A stretch of 64,000 nucleotides of DNA from Thermoplasmata archaeon (GTDB taxonomy: Archaea; Thermoplasmatota; Thermoplasmata; Lutacidiplasmatales; UBA184), in the NCBI GenBank assembly GCA_022750435.1, contig JAKIVS010000006.1:36732-100731 (forward strand). Reading direction: 5' to 3'. The position numbers and the translations under genes were made by a program. Under the pieces are notes generated by a model that searched no databases, was not told the origin of the DNA, and saw only the letters and a list, made by a program, of their open reading frames with translations. Below, in pieces: positions 16,386-26,073 of this stretch (the first letter of the stretch is position 1; every line of letters begins with the position of its first letter).

Positions 16386-17447
16386 CTAAAGCTTCGGGCC
16401 GGGGGCGTCGGCGGGTGCGGCGAGAACGGGTCCCGCGAGCTCGCGGAGACGGCGGTACGAGCCGACCACGGAGACGAAGCTCCGTCGCCGAAGCGCTGGG
16501 GCGATTTCGCGCATCTCGGCCAGCGCCGGTCCGACGTCTTGGCCCGCATCGCGGGCCGCCGTGAGGGCCGTTTTCTGCCGCGCGAGTTCGGCGAGGAACG
16601 ATGGCTCGAGGAGCGACCAGAGCGCGAGCCCCGCCCGGGCGAGGACGGGTTCCGCGGCCGCGAGGTCGCCCGCCTTCGCGAGACGGCGGCCCTCGGCGAG
16701 GGGGCCCAGCGCCGGGGTCGGGTCTCCGCCGAGCTCGCGGATGGTCTCCGCGAGGAGCTCCGCCTGCCCGCCGAGGACCTGGACCGTCGCCCACTTCTCC
16801 TCGAGGCGGCTCAGCGTGTCGTCCAGCCGTCGCAGGCGGCGCTGGGCGCCGCCGAGGTCGCCGAGGGCGAGGGCGGCGCGGCAGCTCTCGAACTCGACGT
16901 CCGGGCCGGACGTCGGGGCGAACGAGCTCAAGGCGTTGCGGCGGGCCACGAGCGACTCGAACTGCTCGGTGAAGGCACCCGCGATGTGGATGAACAGTTC
17001 CCGGCCGAGCACCTCGAACGACGGGGCGTCGTCGGCCGCGACCGCGTCGCGGGCCCGCAGGGTGAAGTCGCCGGTGTCGATCCCTTGGCGCCGCGCGATC
17101 TGGAGGTACTCCTCCACCTGGCGCCGCGCGATCTCGACGCCACGGGCCGACGGGAGGACCGGGAGCGAGTCGATCGACCGGGGGCTTCCGGTCGAGGGAA
17201 GGGCCGCCGGAGTCGGAGGGGGGTGGAACGTGGGAGGAACGCTCGCCGCGTCCGCCCCGTCCCCACCCGCCGTCGCATCTCCCACGGCGGAGAGGATCTC
17301 CTGGACGGCGTGGGCGAACTGCGGGTCGGAGTCGGGGAGGCCCGCCGCCTCGCGCACCGGTCCGAACAGGTCGACCGAGAGCCCGCAGCGGACGCAGGCG
17401 CGTCCGTCCTCGGGATTGTCGGAGCCGCAGGCAGGGCAGACCGGCAC
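16386..17447 (-). CDS. zinc-ribbon protein with long alpha-helical C-terminal domain (unknown function)
   Basis: N-terminal CPACG-x11-CVRCG ribbon, a Pro-rich linker, then about 250 aa of helical Ala/Leu/Arg-rich sequence. It is wedged between htpX and hisS with gaps of 12 and 24 nt. Confidence 0.5.
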   Translation of the reverse strand: MPVCPACGSDNPEDGRACVRCGLSVDLFGPVREAAGLPDSDPQFAHAVQEILSAVGDATAGGDGADAASVPPTFHPPPTPAALPSTGSPRSIDSLPVLPSARGVEIARRQVEEYLQIARRQGIDTGDFTLRARDAVAADDAPSFEVLGRELFIHIAGAFTEQFESLVARRNALSSFAPTSGPDVEFESCRAALALGDLGGAQRRLRRLDDTLSRLEEKWATVQVLGGQAELLAETIRELGGDPTPALGPLAEGRRLAKAGDLAAAEPVLARAGLALWSLLEPSFLAELARQKTALTAARDAGQDVGPALAEMREIAPALRRRSFVSVVGSYRRLRELAGPVLAAPADAPGPKL

Positions 17448-17459
17448 GCTCGCTCCGCT

Positions 17460-18395
17460 CTAGGTCTTCTGGCTTCGGCCGGAGAACCCGGAGCGGGCGA
17501 ACGACGGAGGCCGGATCGAGGGTCGGTAGGTCCGGTCGCTCGCCATGGCGCGCAGCGCCCGGATCCGCTCCTCGGTCGGCGGATGGGTGGAGAACCAGTT
17601 CATCATCGAGCGGCCCCGGAACGGGTTCACGATGTAGAGGTTCCCCGTCGCCGGGGACCCGGAGGTGAGCGGCTGGGCGGCGTTCCCGCGCTCGAGCTTC
17701 CCGAGCGCGCTCGCGAGGGAGAGCGGGTCGCCGATGGTGCGCGCCCCGACCTCGTCCGCCTTGCTCTCGCGGCTGCGGGAGATGGCGAGCTGGATCAGCA
17801 TCGCGGCGATCGCCGCGGGGATGACGGCGAGGAGCGCCCCGAGGCCGTTGTTCCGGTTGCCGCCACCGCCGCCGAACATCGCCCCGAACAGGGCGAACTC
17901 GGCGAGGTAGGAGATGGCACCCGCGAGGGTCGCGGCGAACGTCATCAGGAGGATGTCGTGATCCTTCAGGTGGGCGAGCTCGTGGGCGAGGACGCCGCGG
18001 AGCTCGCGGTCGTCGAGGAGGTGAAGGATCCCCTCGGTGGCGGCCACGACCGCGTGCTTCGCGTTGCGACCCGTCGCGAACGCGTTCGGGTTCATCGTCG
18101 GGACGATGGCGATCCGCGGCGCCTCGAGTCCGAACATCGGCGCGAGCTCGGCAACGATGCGGGCCAGCCGCGGGGCCTCCTCGGGCGTGACGATCTTCGC
18201 GTGGGACGTCCAGAGGACGAACCGGTCGCAGAAGAAGTAGGCGCCGAGGTTGAACACCAGCGAGAGCCCCAGGGCGATGATGAGGCCCCCGAGGAAGCTC
18301 CCGAAGACGAGCGCGCCAGCGATGGCGCCCACGGCGACGAACAGTGCGATGATCGCGGCGAACAGAGCCGCGGTCCGGAAGGACGGATGCGACAT
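17460..18395 (-). CDS. htpX: M48 zinc metalloprotease HtpX
   Basis: Two N-terminal TM helices, the HELAHLKDHD zincin motif and further TM helices, which is the typical HtpX layout. Confidence 0.9.
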   Translation of the reverse strand: MSHPSFRTAALFAAIIALFVAVGAIAGALVFGSFLGGLIIALGLSLVFNLGAYFFCDRFVLWTSHAKIVTPEEAPRLARIVAELAPMFGLEAPRIAIVPTMNPNAFATGRNAKHAVVAATEGILHLLDDRELRGVLAHELAHLKDHDILLMTFAATLAGAISYLAEFALFGAMFGGGGGNRNNGLGALLAVIPAAIAAMLIQLAISRSRESKADEVGARTIGDPLSLASALGKLERGNAAQPLTSGSPATGNLYIVNPFRGRSMMNWFSTHPPTEERIRALRAMASDRTYRPSIRPPSFARSGFSGRSQKT

Positions 18396-18424
18396 CGGAA
18401 CCGGTTGGCCATCGAGGTCGGCGC

Positions 18425-18436
18425 GGTTTAAAAGGG
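18425..18436 (-). promoter_or_regulatory. TATA box (CCCTTTTAAACC on the minus strand) for htpX
   Basis: AT-rich box about 30 nt upstream of the htpX start at 18395, just after the tiaS stop. Confidence 0.45.
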
Positions 18437-18438
18437 TG

Positions 18439-19758
18439 CTAGGGCGACCGCCGTCGTCCGGGCTCCGGTCCGAGGGGCGCGAGATGACGGCGCGCGGAGG
18501 GGGTCGGGTGGTAGGTTCCCCGGCCGAACTCGGCGGGGGCCGAGCGCGGCCGGGTGGACTCGGGTGGCCAGCGGCGGTGGCAGCCGGGGCATCGGAACCC
18601 GCGCGCCGACCCCATCGAGCGCGCCCGTCGGCCGCAGGGACCGCACCGCGGAGGCGGTCCCGGGAGGGTTCGGGGAACGAGCGCCAGGACCCGGATTCCC
18701 TCGACCCGGAACGTCGGATCCTCGCCGGTGCCCCCCGAGACCTCGACCGTATCCCCCGCCCGCAGGGAGCGGGCTACGCGCGGGAGAGTCTTCGTCGGCT
18801 CGAACACCCGGCAGTCGACGATCTCCTTCCCGACACGGAGCGGGAGTTCGACGTGGCCCCCCCGGAGGCTCGTGGGGGAGTTCGCCACCACCGCCCGGAA
18901 TCGGGCCGGTAGGTACGGGCCGCCCGGCCCGCCGGCCCCGTACCGTAGGTGATCCCCGGTCCCCTGATTCGTTTGGAACAGGAGCCACCGGTCCACGGGC
19001 TCGGAGTGGATCCATTTCCGAGCTCGGAGAGCGCCCTCGGGATTGGTCGACCGGAGGCCGAACAGGATCGGGCACGGGGTGTGCGGGGCGACCAGCAATC
19101 GGCGAGTGGCCGGGTCGTCGCACAAGAACAGCGAAGGTTCGCGTCGCGCCGCCGCGCGGACCGATTCGGGGTCGACGTGGCGGGGGCCGGAGGCGTTGGG
19201 GGCACGGTAGGAGATCACTTCCCACGTACGGCGACGTCCGGGCCACGCCGCGGCGGCGGCCGCTCCGACGAGACCCCGGTCCGAACGGGAGGTTCGCCAC
19301 CAGGCCCCGGCTCGTCGAAGGGTGTGGGCCACGTCCGCCGGTGCGCAGAGCGCGCCGACCGCTCGCTCGTAGAGGGCCGGGGGGAGCGGACGCTCGGTGA
19401 CCACCAGCGCCGGGTCGGTCTGCGCCGCGTCCTGCGAGAGCCGGAGGACGAGCGTCCAGGCCGCCTCGCAAAATCGCTCGCGCTCCGACGCCGTCGGAGG
19501 GCGACCGCGGCGGTAGGCTCGGACGGGTCGTCCCCCGATGTTCCCGATGGTTCGGGCGGGGCCGTGGCCGTGACCCAGGCCGACCGAAAGGGCGGCGTTG
19601 CCGCGAGTCTTCCACGGGACGTTCGGGTTCAGTCGAACGAGCCGGGGCTCTCCGAGGACGTCGAGGCCCTGCGAGCGCCCGAGCGCGACCAGCTCCGTGA
19701 GCACGAACGTCGTGCACCCCCCGCCCGGGGCGTCGGTATCGTCAACCCCGAGGCGCAT
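18439..19758 (-). CDS. tiaS: tRNA(Ile2) 2-agmatinylcytidine synthetase TiaS
   Basis: MRLGVDDTDAPGGGCTTFV N-terminus, an OB-fold and a C-terminal zinc ribbon (CGPCG...CPGC). The track ORF start 19881 is over-extended, and ATG 19758 gives the canonical N-terminus. Confidence 0.85.
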   Translation of the reverse strand: MRLGVDDTDAPGGGCTTFVLTELVALGRSQGLDVLGEPRLVRLNPNVPWKTRGNAALSVGLGHGHGPARTIGNIGGRPVRAYRRGRPPTASERERFCEAAWTLVLRLSQDAAQTDPALVVTERPLPPALYERAVGALCAPADVAHTLRRAGAWWRTSRSDRGLVGAAAAAAWPGRRRTWEVISYRAPNASGPRHVDPESVRAAARREPSLFLCDDPATRRLLVAPHTPCPILFGLRSTNPEGALRARKWIHSEPVDRWLLFQTNQGTGDHLRYGAGGPGGPYLPARFRAVVANSPTSLRGGHVELPLRVGKEIVDCRVFEPTKTLPRVARSLRAGDTVEVSGGTGEDPTFRVEGIRVLALVPRTLPGPPPRCGPCGRRARSMGSARGFRCPGCHRRWPPESTRPRSAPAEFGRGTYHPTPSARRHLAPLGPEPGRRRSP

Positions 19759-20632
19759 CGTCGGCCTCGCGGGCCCGTCGGGACCGACGCCGCCACAGGA
19801 GCAACGCCGCCACGGCGACCACGGCGGCGACCGCGACGCCGATGAGGACATCCCCGAGTGGGAAGGCGGGGTGGAACCCAATGCTCGCGGTCCCCGTGAG
19901 CGTGGTCCCGATGAGGCCGGAGGCGGTCGGCGCGCCGTACCCCAGCGGGTCGTTGCTCACCTGCGCGCCGACCACGCCATTCGTCGACGTGATCGTCGTT
20001 CCCGCCGGCATCGAGACCGACAGCGTGACGTTCGGAATGGCGGCGGCGAGGAGCCCGCTCCCGAGCGTGAGGTTCCAGGCGATCCCGAGGGTCCCACTGG
20101 TGCCCTCCGGCAGGAACGCGTCGGTGGTCGAGGACGTGACCGTGATCGGGGCGCTCGAGGTATCGGCGCCGACGGCCCCCGCGAAGCTCACGCCCTCGAA
20201 CGCGGCGGAGCCGGGCGCTTGCCCGTTCAGCGTGAGGTTGAGGATCCCACCGCCGGTCAACGCCGCCGACGGGATCGTGCCCGCCTCGTCGCGGAGCAGG
20301 CTCTCGAACAGGCCGACCTCCGACGGTTCGACGGTCCCGTCGTGGTTGCCGAACAGCCCGGCGAGGAACGGGCTGGATTGAGCCGTTTCGATTTGGGCGA
20401 GGATGGACGCGCGACCACTCGCGTTGCCGGGGATCAGGTTGACGAGCGGGGTGAAGTTCCCGTCCATGGCGAACCGCAGGGCGGAGCCGTTTGGGTCGAC
20501 CACCGAGAGCGCGATTCCCACCGAGCCATCGGTTCCGACGGTGAGCTGGGCCGACGGGGAGGAGGCCCCCGCCGCGAAGGAGGTCGCGAGAAGGAGCGCC
20601 GCGAGCGGGGCGACCCACGCGGCGCGCCGCAT
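19742..20632 (-). CDS. secreted N-glycosylated surface protein with C-terminal TM anchor (unknown function)
   Basis: Signal peptide MRRAAWVAPLAALLLATSFAAGASS, several N-x-S/T sequons, and a C-terminal ..HPAFPLGDVLIGVAVAAVVAVAALLLWRRRSRR. Confidence 0.6.
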   Translation of the reverse strand: MRRAAWVAPLAALLLATSFAAGASSPSAQLTVGTDGSVGIALSVVDPNGSALRFAMDGNFTPLVNLIPGNASGRASILAQIETAQSSPFLAGLFGNHDGTVEPSEVGLFESLLRDEAGTIPSAALTGGGILNLTLNGQAPGSAAFEGVSFAGAVGADTSSAPITVTSSTTDAFLPEGTSGTLGIAWNLTLGSGLLAAAIPNVTLSVSMPAGTTITSTNGVVGAQVSNDPLGYGAPTASGLIGTTLTGTASIGFHPAFPLGDVLIGVAVAAVVAVAALLLWRRRSRRAREADDAPRG

Positions 20633-20645
20633 CCGCCGGTCCGTC

Positions 20646-21518
20646 CTAGGCGACGGCGCGCAGAAGTTTCTCGTACGCCGCCCGGTTCGAGGCGAGGTCG
20701 ATCTCGGCGCGGGCCGGACCGACCTTGTCCGGAAGCAGCTTGAGTTCGAGGCCCGGGCTGTTCGGGTCGGGGGCGGCCGGGCGGTGCATGACCCCGATCG
20801 GGATCTTGCCGGCCCGCATCGTCTCGACGCACAGCCGGAACATCGTCTGGCGGTCGGTCGGGTCGTAGCCCGGAAGCGTCGCGACGTCGACGACCCGCGC
20901 CCGCCAGTCCTTGAACGTGTCGTTGTACGTCACGCACGGCGAGAGGTCCTCGACGAACGCGAAGCCGTGGTTCGCCCGGTTGAACTTGATCGCCTCGACG
21001 AGGACTTGCGTCATCGTCTTCGGGTCGCCGGAGAACGTGCGGGCGATGAAGTTCGGGACCCGGATCGAGAGCGCGGTGAGGATCGCGTCGAACGGGTGCT
21101 CGATGTTCCCCTCGTAGCCGATCTGGCTCGTGGGGGACGCCTGCCCCTTGGTGAGACCGTAGGTCTCGTTGTTCATCACGATGTAGAGGAGAGAGACGTT
21201 TTTCTTGAACGCGTGCATGAAATGCCCCATGCCGATCGCGTAGCCGTCCCCGTCCCCGCCGGCCGCGATTACGGTGAGCTGCGGGTTGGAGAGCTTGATG
21301 CCGATCGCCTGGGCGAGGAGCCGTCCGTGGAGCGCGTGGATCCCGTTCGTCTCGATGAAGTTGTGAATCCCACCCGAGCAGCCGATCCCGCCGACGAGGA
21401 CCTCCTCGTGGACCGGAACGCCGGCCTCGGCGACCGCCTTCTTCACGGCGGCGAGGACACCGAAGTCGCCGCACCCGGGGCACCAGGTCGACGCGACGGG
21501 CTTGACGGACTGGACCAT
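20646..21518 (-). CDS. 2-oxoacid:ferredoxin oxidoreductase beta subunit (TPP-binding)
   Basis: WCPGCGDFG motif, GGDGDGYAIG TPP-binding signature. ATG 21518 lies 1 nt after the alpha-subunit stop. Confidence 0.88.
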   Translation of the reverse strand: MVQSVKPVASTWCPGCGDFGVLAAVKKAVAEAGVPVHEEVLVGGIGCSGGIHNFIETNGIHALHGRLLAQAIGIKLSNPQLTVIAAGGDGDGYAIGMGHFMHAFKKNVSLLYIVMNNETYGLTKGQASPTSQIGYEGNIEHPFDAILTALSIRVPNFIARTFSGDPKTMTQVLVEAIKFNRANHGFAFVEDLSPCVTYNDTFKDWRARVVDVATLPGYDPTDRQTMFRLCVETMRAGKIPIGVMHRPAAPDPNSPGLELKLLPDKVGPARAEIDLASNRAAYEKLLRAVA

Positions 21519-21519
21519 G

Positions 21520-23316
21520 CTACTTCCCTCCCCGGATCGGCGCAACGATCTCCGGCGAGCGGAATGAGTCGCCGTCGTACTTCCGGATCGAGCGGAGCTT
21601 TCGGAAATGCTGGGGGAGCGCGCCTCGGATCAGGTCGGCGAACTGGCCCGTGTAGTTGTGTTCCACGACGTAGGCGACGTCGACGCTCGTCAGGAACGGG
21701 TCGAGCGATTCGACCGGGACCGGGAACAGGGTCCGGGCGTTGTAGAACCGGGTCTTCGTCCCCGCGCGCTCCAGAGTCGCCTGCGCCTCCCGGATCGGGC
21801 CGAAGGTCGAGCCGTACCCGATGATGCCGATCTTCGCCGTCTCCTCTCCGAAGAGGTGGGGGACCGGCAGCTCCGGCACGATGTGCCGGAGCTTGCCCAT
21901 CCGCTTCTCCATCATCTTGACCCGGTTCACCGGGTTGACGGAGACGTGGCCCATCTCGTTATGCTCGTTGCCGGTCACCTGGCTGAAGATGCCGGGGGTT
22001 CCGGGCGGCGCATACGGCGAGACGCCGTTCGGCGTGAACTGGTAGTGCTGGTAGACATCGAGCTTCGCGACCTGCTCGGCGGTCAGCCGAACGCCGCGGT
22101 CGACCGTGACCTTGGAGAGATTGAACGGTTCGGCGGTCGTCGTGTTCTGGCAGAGCGCCTGGTCGAGGAGGAGGATGACCGGAAGGCGCCACCGTTCCGC
22201 CAGGTTGAGGGCGTCGACGGTGATCTCGAAGCAGTCCTCGACGGTCCCCGGTGCGACGATCACGCGCGGGAACTCGCCGTGGCCGAGATGGGCCAGGTGC
22301 GCCAGGTCCGACTGTTCGTGCCGGGTCGGCTCGCCCGTCGAGGGTCCGACGCGCTGGCAGTCGGCGACCAGGATCGGGACTTCGGCGGTGCCGGCGTGCC
22401 CGATCCCTTCCGTCATGAGGGAAAGGCCGGGGCCGCTCGTCGAGGTCATCACGCGGGCGCCGGCGTACGCGGCGCCGATGATCATGTTGATCGCGGCGAG
22501 CTCGTCCTCCGCCTGGCGGACGACGCCATGGAACGGAGGGAGGTAGCGCATGAGGTACTCCATGACCTCGGTCGCGGGCGTGATCGGGTAGCCGGCGAAG
22601 AACCGTCCCCCGCCGACGACGAACCCGAGGGCCACGGCCTGGTTGCCGATGGTGAGGATCTGGTGCTGCGCTTCCCCGTCGGCGACGTGCCAGCGGTCGG
22701 CGAGCCCGGGGGTCTCGAGCGCCGCCTTGCGGCCGATCTCGAGCGCCTTCAGGTTCTTCTCGAGAGCCTCGCCGCCGCGCCGCGCGAACCGGTCCTCGAT
22801 GACCTGGCGCGTCTGGGCGGGGTCGAAGCCCATCATCACGGAGATGGCGCCGTACGCCGCCGTGTTCTTGAAGATCGGTTGGCCGACGGCGCCCCCGACC
22901 AGCGTGGCGAACGGGAAGCCGATGGCGTTCGGGAGCTCGAGCTTGAAGGCGGAGGAGTCGTAGAGGATGGCGCCGTCGGCGGACAGCTCGGCGCGCCCGA
23001 TCTCGGCGGCCTCCTTGTCGAAGGCGACGATGAGCTCCACGTCCGGCTTGACCGCGGCGATCGGGTCGCGAGAGGCCCGCATCGTGGCGTCGGCGTGGCC
23101 GCCGCGGATCCTCGAGAGGACATTCCGCGAGGTGTAGATGTACAGTCCGCGCTTTCGGAAGTACCGCCCGAGCAGGTCGGAGACGGTGAGGGTGCCGTCG
23201 CCGCCCTGACCGCCGATCATCACGGCGAGGTCGGTCAGTTCCTTCGGGCGGGGGGAGCCGCCCGGGCCACCGGAATCTCCCGGGACCGGAGTCGTTTTCG
23301 AGGCAGGAGTGGTCAT
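21520..23316 (-). CDS. 2-oxoacid:ferredoxin oxidoreductase alpha subunit (fused gamma-alpha type)
   Basis: 598 aa. The N-terminal gamma-like domain (IGGQGGDG) is fused to the alpha domains, which is the two-subunit archaeal OFOR architecture. Confidence 0.88.
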   Translation of the reverse strand: MTTPASKTTPVPGDSGGPGGSPRPKELTDLAVMIGGQGGDGTLTVSDLLGRYFRKRGLYIYTSRNVLSRIRGGHADATMRASRDPIAAVKPDVELIVAFDKEAAEIGRAELSADGAILYDSSAFKLELPNAIGFPFATLVGGAVGQPIFKNTAAYGAISVMMGFDPAQTRQVIEDRFARRGGEALEKNLKALEIGRKAALETPGLADRWHVADGEAQHQILTIGNQAVALGFVVGGGRFFAGYPITPATEVMEYLMRYLPPFHGVVRQAEDELAAINMIIGAAYAGARVMTSTSGPGLSLMTEGIGHAGTAEVPILVADCQRVGPSTGEPTRHEQSDLAHLAHLGHGEFPRVIVAPGTVEDCFEITVDALNLAERWRLPVILLLDQALCQNTTTAEPFNLSKVTVDRGVRLTAEQVAKLDVYQHYQFTPNGVSPYAPPGTPGIFSQVTGNEHNEMGHVSVNPVNRVKMMEKRMGKLRHIVPELPVPHLFGEETAKIGIIGYGSTFGPIREAQATLERAGTKTRFYNARTLFPVPVESLDPFLTSVDVAYVVEHNYTGQFADLIRGALPQHFRKLRSIRKYDGDSFRSPEIVAPIRGGK

Positions 23317-23455
23317 CGGAGTTCCGCGGGACGCGTGGCGAGCGCGTGCGCTACAATTCGAGGGTGCGGGTCTATTTAACGGTGGGGACGCGCGGCGATT
23401 TTCCGCCGACCGGAGACGCTCCGGAGGCGAGCGCCAGCCCGCGTCCGGCCGTCGG

Positions 23456-23479
23456 CGTACGGCCGTACGTTAGCGTACG
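23456..23479. promoter_or_regulatory. three CGTACG hexamers within 24 nt (candidate regulator site)
   Basis: Hexamers at 23456-61, 23464-69 and 23474-79, immediately upstream of the TATA-like box of the LeuA-like operon. Confidence 0.3.
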
Positions 23480-23496
23480 AAGCCCGAGGGCTTCCG

Positions 23497-23506
23497 AAAG
23501 GTTATG
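23497..23506 (+). promoter_or_regulatory. TATA-like box AAAGGTTATG
   Basis: It lies 17-26 nt upstream of ATG 23523/23532, which implies a leaderless or near-leaderless mRNA. Confidence 0.35.
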
Positions 23507-23522
23507 TCGGCGGCCCCGCTCG

Positions 23523-24779
23523 ATGCGCTCGATGGACGCGCGGCCGCTCGTCGAGAACTACCACTCGGCCACGGCGTCGGCCCGCCACTTCGCCGACCCG
23601 ATCGTGTTCTGGGACGAGACGCTGCGCGACGGCGAGCAGATGCCGGGGGTCCACTTCTCCCCCGAGGAGAAACTCCGCATCGCGACGGTGCTGAGCGAGG
23701 TCGGCGTCCAAGTGATCGACGCCGGCATCCCGGTCGTCTCCCCGGACGAGGCCGAAGCCGTCCGCACCGTCGTCGGGGCCGGGCTCCGGGCCAAGATCCT
23801 CGCCTCCGCCCGCACGGTCGCGGGCGATGTGGACGCGGTCATCCGTACCGGAGCGACGCACATTGCGATCTTCGTCGCCGCGAGCGAGGTCCACCTCCGG
23901 TACAAGCTGAAGATGACCCAAGAGCAGGTCCTGGAGGCCTCCCTCGCCTCCGTCCGGCAGGCGAAAGACGCCGGCCTCCACGTCGCCTTCGTGACCGAGG
24001 ACACGGTCCGCGCCCCGTTCGACTATGTGGAGCGCCTGTACAAGGCGGTGCAAGAGGCCGGGGCCGACCGGCTGGTCGTCTCCGACACGGTCGGGATCAT
24101 GACACCGTTGACGTTCCGGTGGTACCTCGAAGAGTTCGCCCGCCGGGTCCACCCCAAGGACTGGTCCGTGCACTGCCACAACGACTTCGGACTCGCGGTG
24201 GCGAACACCCTCACGGCGCTCGAGGTCGGAGTGACCACGCCCCACGTCTGCGTCAACGGCCTCGGGGAACGGTCCGGGAACGCGTCCCTGGAGGAGGTCG
24301 TCGTCGCCCTGGAGTCGCTCTACGGCGTCCGAACCGGACTCAAGACCGAGCGCCTCTACGAACTCTCGCGCCTGGTGGAAGAGGTCTCGGGCGTGCCGAT
24401 TGCGCCGAACAAGGCGCTCGTCGGCTACAATTCGTTCAGCCACGAGGCGGGGATCCACACCCACGGCATCCTTGCCCACACCCTCACCTACGAACCGCTC
24501 CAGCCGGAGGTGGTCGGGCGTCACCGCCAGATGATCCTCGGCAAGCACACCGGGAAGGCTGCCTTGGTCGAGAAGCTGAAGGAGCACGGCATCACCACGA
24601 CCGACCCGCTCCTCGTGGAGCTCCTGCGCCGGGTGAAGAACGGCGGCGAAGCCCGCGGCAAGGACGAATTGCACCGATTCCTCGAGGAGTACCGGACCCT
24701 CTTCGAGCACCCGGGACTCACGGACAAGGAGTTCTGGCAGATGGTCGACGACGCCGGGATCCGGGGGAACGCACCATGA
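23523..24779 (+). CDS. 2-isopropylmalate / homocitrate / citramalate synthase family (DRE-TIM)
   Basis: WDETLRDGEQ, HCHNDFGLAVANT and GLGERSGNASLEE motifs. It is a short form without the long LeuA regulatory domain. ATG 23532 is an equally good start. Confidence 0.85.
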   Translation: MRSMDARPLVENYHSATASARHFADPIVFWDETLRDGEQMPGVHFSPEEKLRIATVLSEVGVQVIDAGIPVVSPDEAEAVRTVVGAGLRAKILASARTVAGDVDAVIRTGATHIAIFVAASEVHLRYKLKMTQEQVLEASLASVRQAKDAGLHVAFVTEDTVRAPFDYVERLYKAVQEAGADRLVVSDTVGIMTPLTFRWYLEEFARRVHPKDWSVHCHNDFGLAVANTLTALEVGVTTPHVCVNGLGERSGNASLEEVVVALESLYGVRTGLKTERLYELSRLVEEVSGVPIAPNKALVGYNSFSHEAGIHTHGILAHTLTYEPLQPEVVGRHRQMILGKHTGKAALVEKLKEHGITTTDPLLVELLRRVKNGGEARGKDELHRFLEEYRTLFEHPGLTDKEFWQMVDDAGIRGNAP

Positions 24780-26062
24780 GCACGAACGGGGGCCACGGGG
24801 GAACTCTCGCCGAAAAAGTCCTGGCGCGCGCGAGTCGTCTCGACTCCGTCGTGCCCGGCCAGATCATCGAGGGCCACGTCGACCTCGCGATGATGCACGA
24901 GCAGGGGGCCCAGACCGTCGGGCCGTTCCACGACATGGGCGCGACCAGCGTCTGGGACCCGGACCGGGTCGTCATCGCGATCGACCACTGGGTGCCGGCC
25001 TCGACGGAGGGCGCGGCGGTCCTCCACAGGATCCTCCGGAAGTTCGCGGCCGAGCAGAACCTGACCCACTTCTACGACGTCGGCAACCACGGAATCTGCC
25101 ACCAGATCCTCGCCGAGAACGGCTGGGTCGTGCCGGGCGACCTCGCCGTGGGCACCGACTCCCACACCAACATGCTGGGGGCGAGCGGCGCCGTGGCCGC
25201 GGGCATCGGCCCGACGGAGATGGCCGCCGTGCTCGCGCTCGGGCGCCTGTGGCTGAAGGTCCCGCCGACGATCCGCATCAACGTCAAGGGGAATCTCGGG
25301 CCGGGCGTGACGGCGAAGGACCTCGTCCTCCGGATCCTGGGGGACGTCAAGACCACGGGCGCGACCTACAAGGCCGTCGAGTACGGCGGGCCGACGATCG
25401 AGGGGCTGTCGATGCCCGAGCGGTTCACCATCTGCAACATGACGACGGAGATGGGAGCGAAGTGCGGCATGGTCGCTCCTGACCAGAAGACCTACGACTA
25501 CCTCGAGAAGATCGCGAAGCACGCCATGCACCCGATCCAGGCGGACAAGGATGCCAAGTACGAGCGGGTGATCGACATCGACGTCGACGGGATGCCGCCG
25601 ATGATCGCGTGTCCCTACTCGCCGGACAACGTCCGACCCCTGACCGAGGTCGTGCACGAGCACGTCAAGGTCGACCAGGCGTTCCTGGGCTCCTGCACCA
25701 ACGCGCGGATCGAGGACCTCCGGGAGGGAGCGGCGCTGATGCGGGGCCACAAGGTCCACGCCGGCGTCCGGTTCATCGTCTCGCCGGCCTCGACGGCGAT
25801 CTACAACCAGTGCCTCAAGGAGGGGCTCATCGACGTCTTCACCGAGGCCGGGGCCGTGTTCACGAACTCGAGCTGCTCGGCGTGCTTCGGCGGGAACATG
25901 GGGATCCTCGCGCCCGACGAGGTGTGCATCTCCTCCTCGAACCGCAACTTCCCGGGCCGGATGGGCCCGAAGGAGGCGCGCATCTACCTCGTCAGCCCCG
26001 CCGCGGTCGTCGCAAGCGCCATCAAGGGCGAGATCTCCGACCCGCGGGAGTTCGGCCTCTAG
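24776..26062 (+). CDS. 3-isopropylmalate dehydratase / homoaconitase large subunit (LeuC/HacA family)
   Basis: Aconitase-family motifs (DHWVP, GTDSHT, CNMTTEMGA, GSCTNARIEDL, NRNFPGRMG). ATGA overlap with the synthase gene. Confidence 0.9.
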   Translation: MSTNGGHGGTLAEKVLARASRLDSVVPGQIIEGHVDLAMMHEQGAQTVGPFHDMGATSVWDPDRVVIAIDHWVPASTEGAAVLHRILRKFAAEQNLTHFYDVGNHGICHQILAENGWVVPGDLAVGTDSHTNMLGASGAVAAGIGPTEMAAVLALGRLWLKVPPTIRINVKGNLGPGVTAKDLVLRILGDVKTTGATYKAVEYGGPTIEGLSMPERFTICNMTTEMGAKCGMVAPDQKTYDYLEKIAKHAMHPIQADKDAKYERVIDIDVDGMPPMIACPYSPDNVRPLTEVVHEHVKVDQAFLGSCTNARIEDLREGAALMRGHKVHAGVRFIVSPASTAIYNQCLKEGLIDVFTEAGAVFTNSSCSACFGGNMGILAPDEVCISSSNRNFPGRMGPKEARIYLVSPAAVVASAIKGEISDPREFGL

Positions 26063-26073
26063 GGGGTCCGGCG

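Noticed and set aside
23504-26062. Very long composite track ORFs: 23504-26062, 25609-26595, 26705-28903, 34446-37526, 60596-62254 and 60893-62902.
   Set aside because: Each is a genuine gene preceded by a stop-free out-of-context N-terminal extension that overlaps the upstream gene. I trimmed them to starts that give canonical N-termini and ATGA/GTGA coupling.
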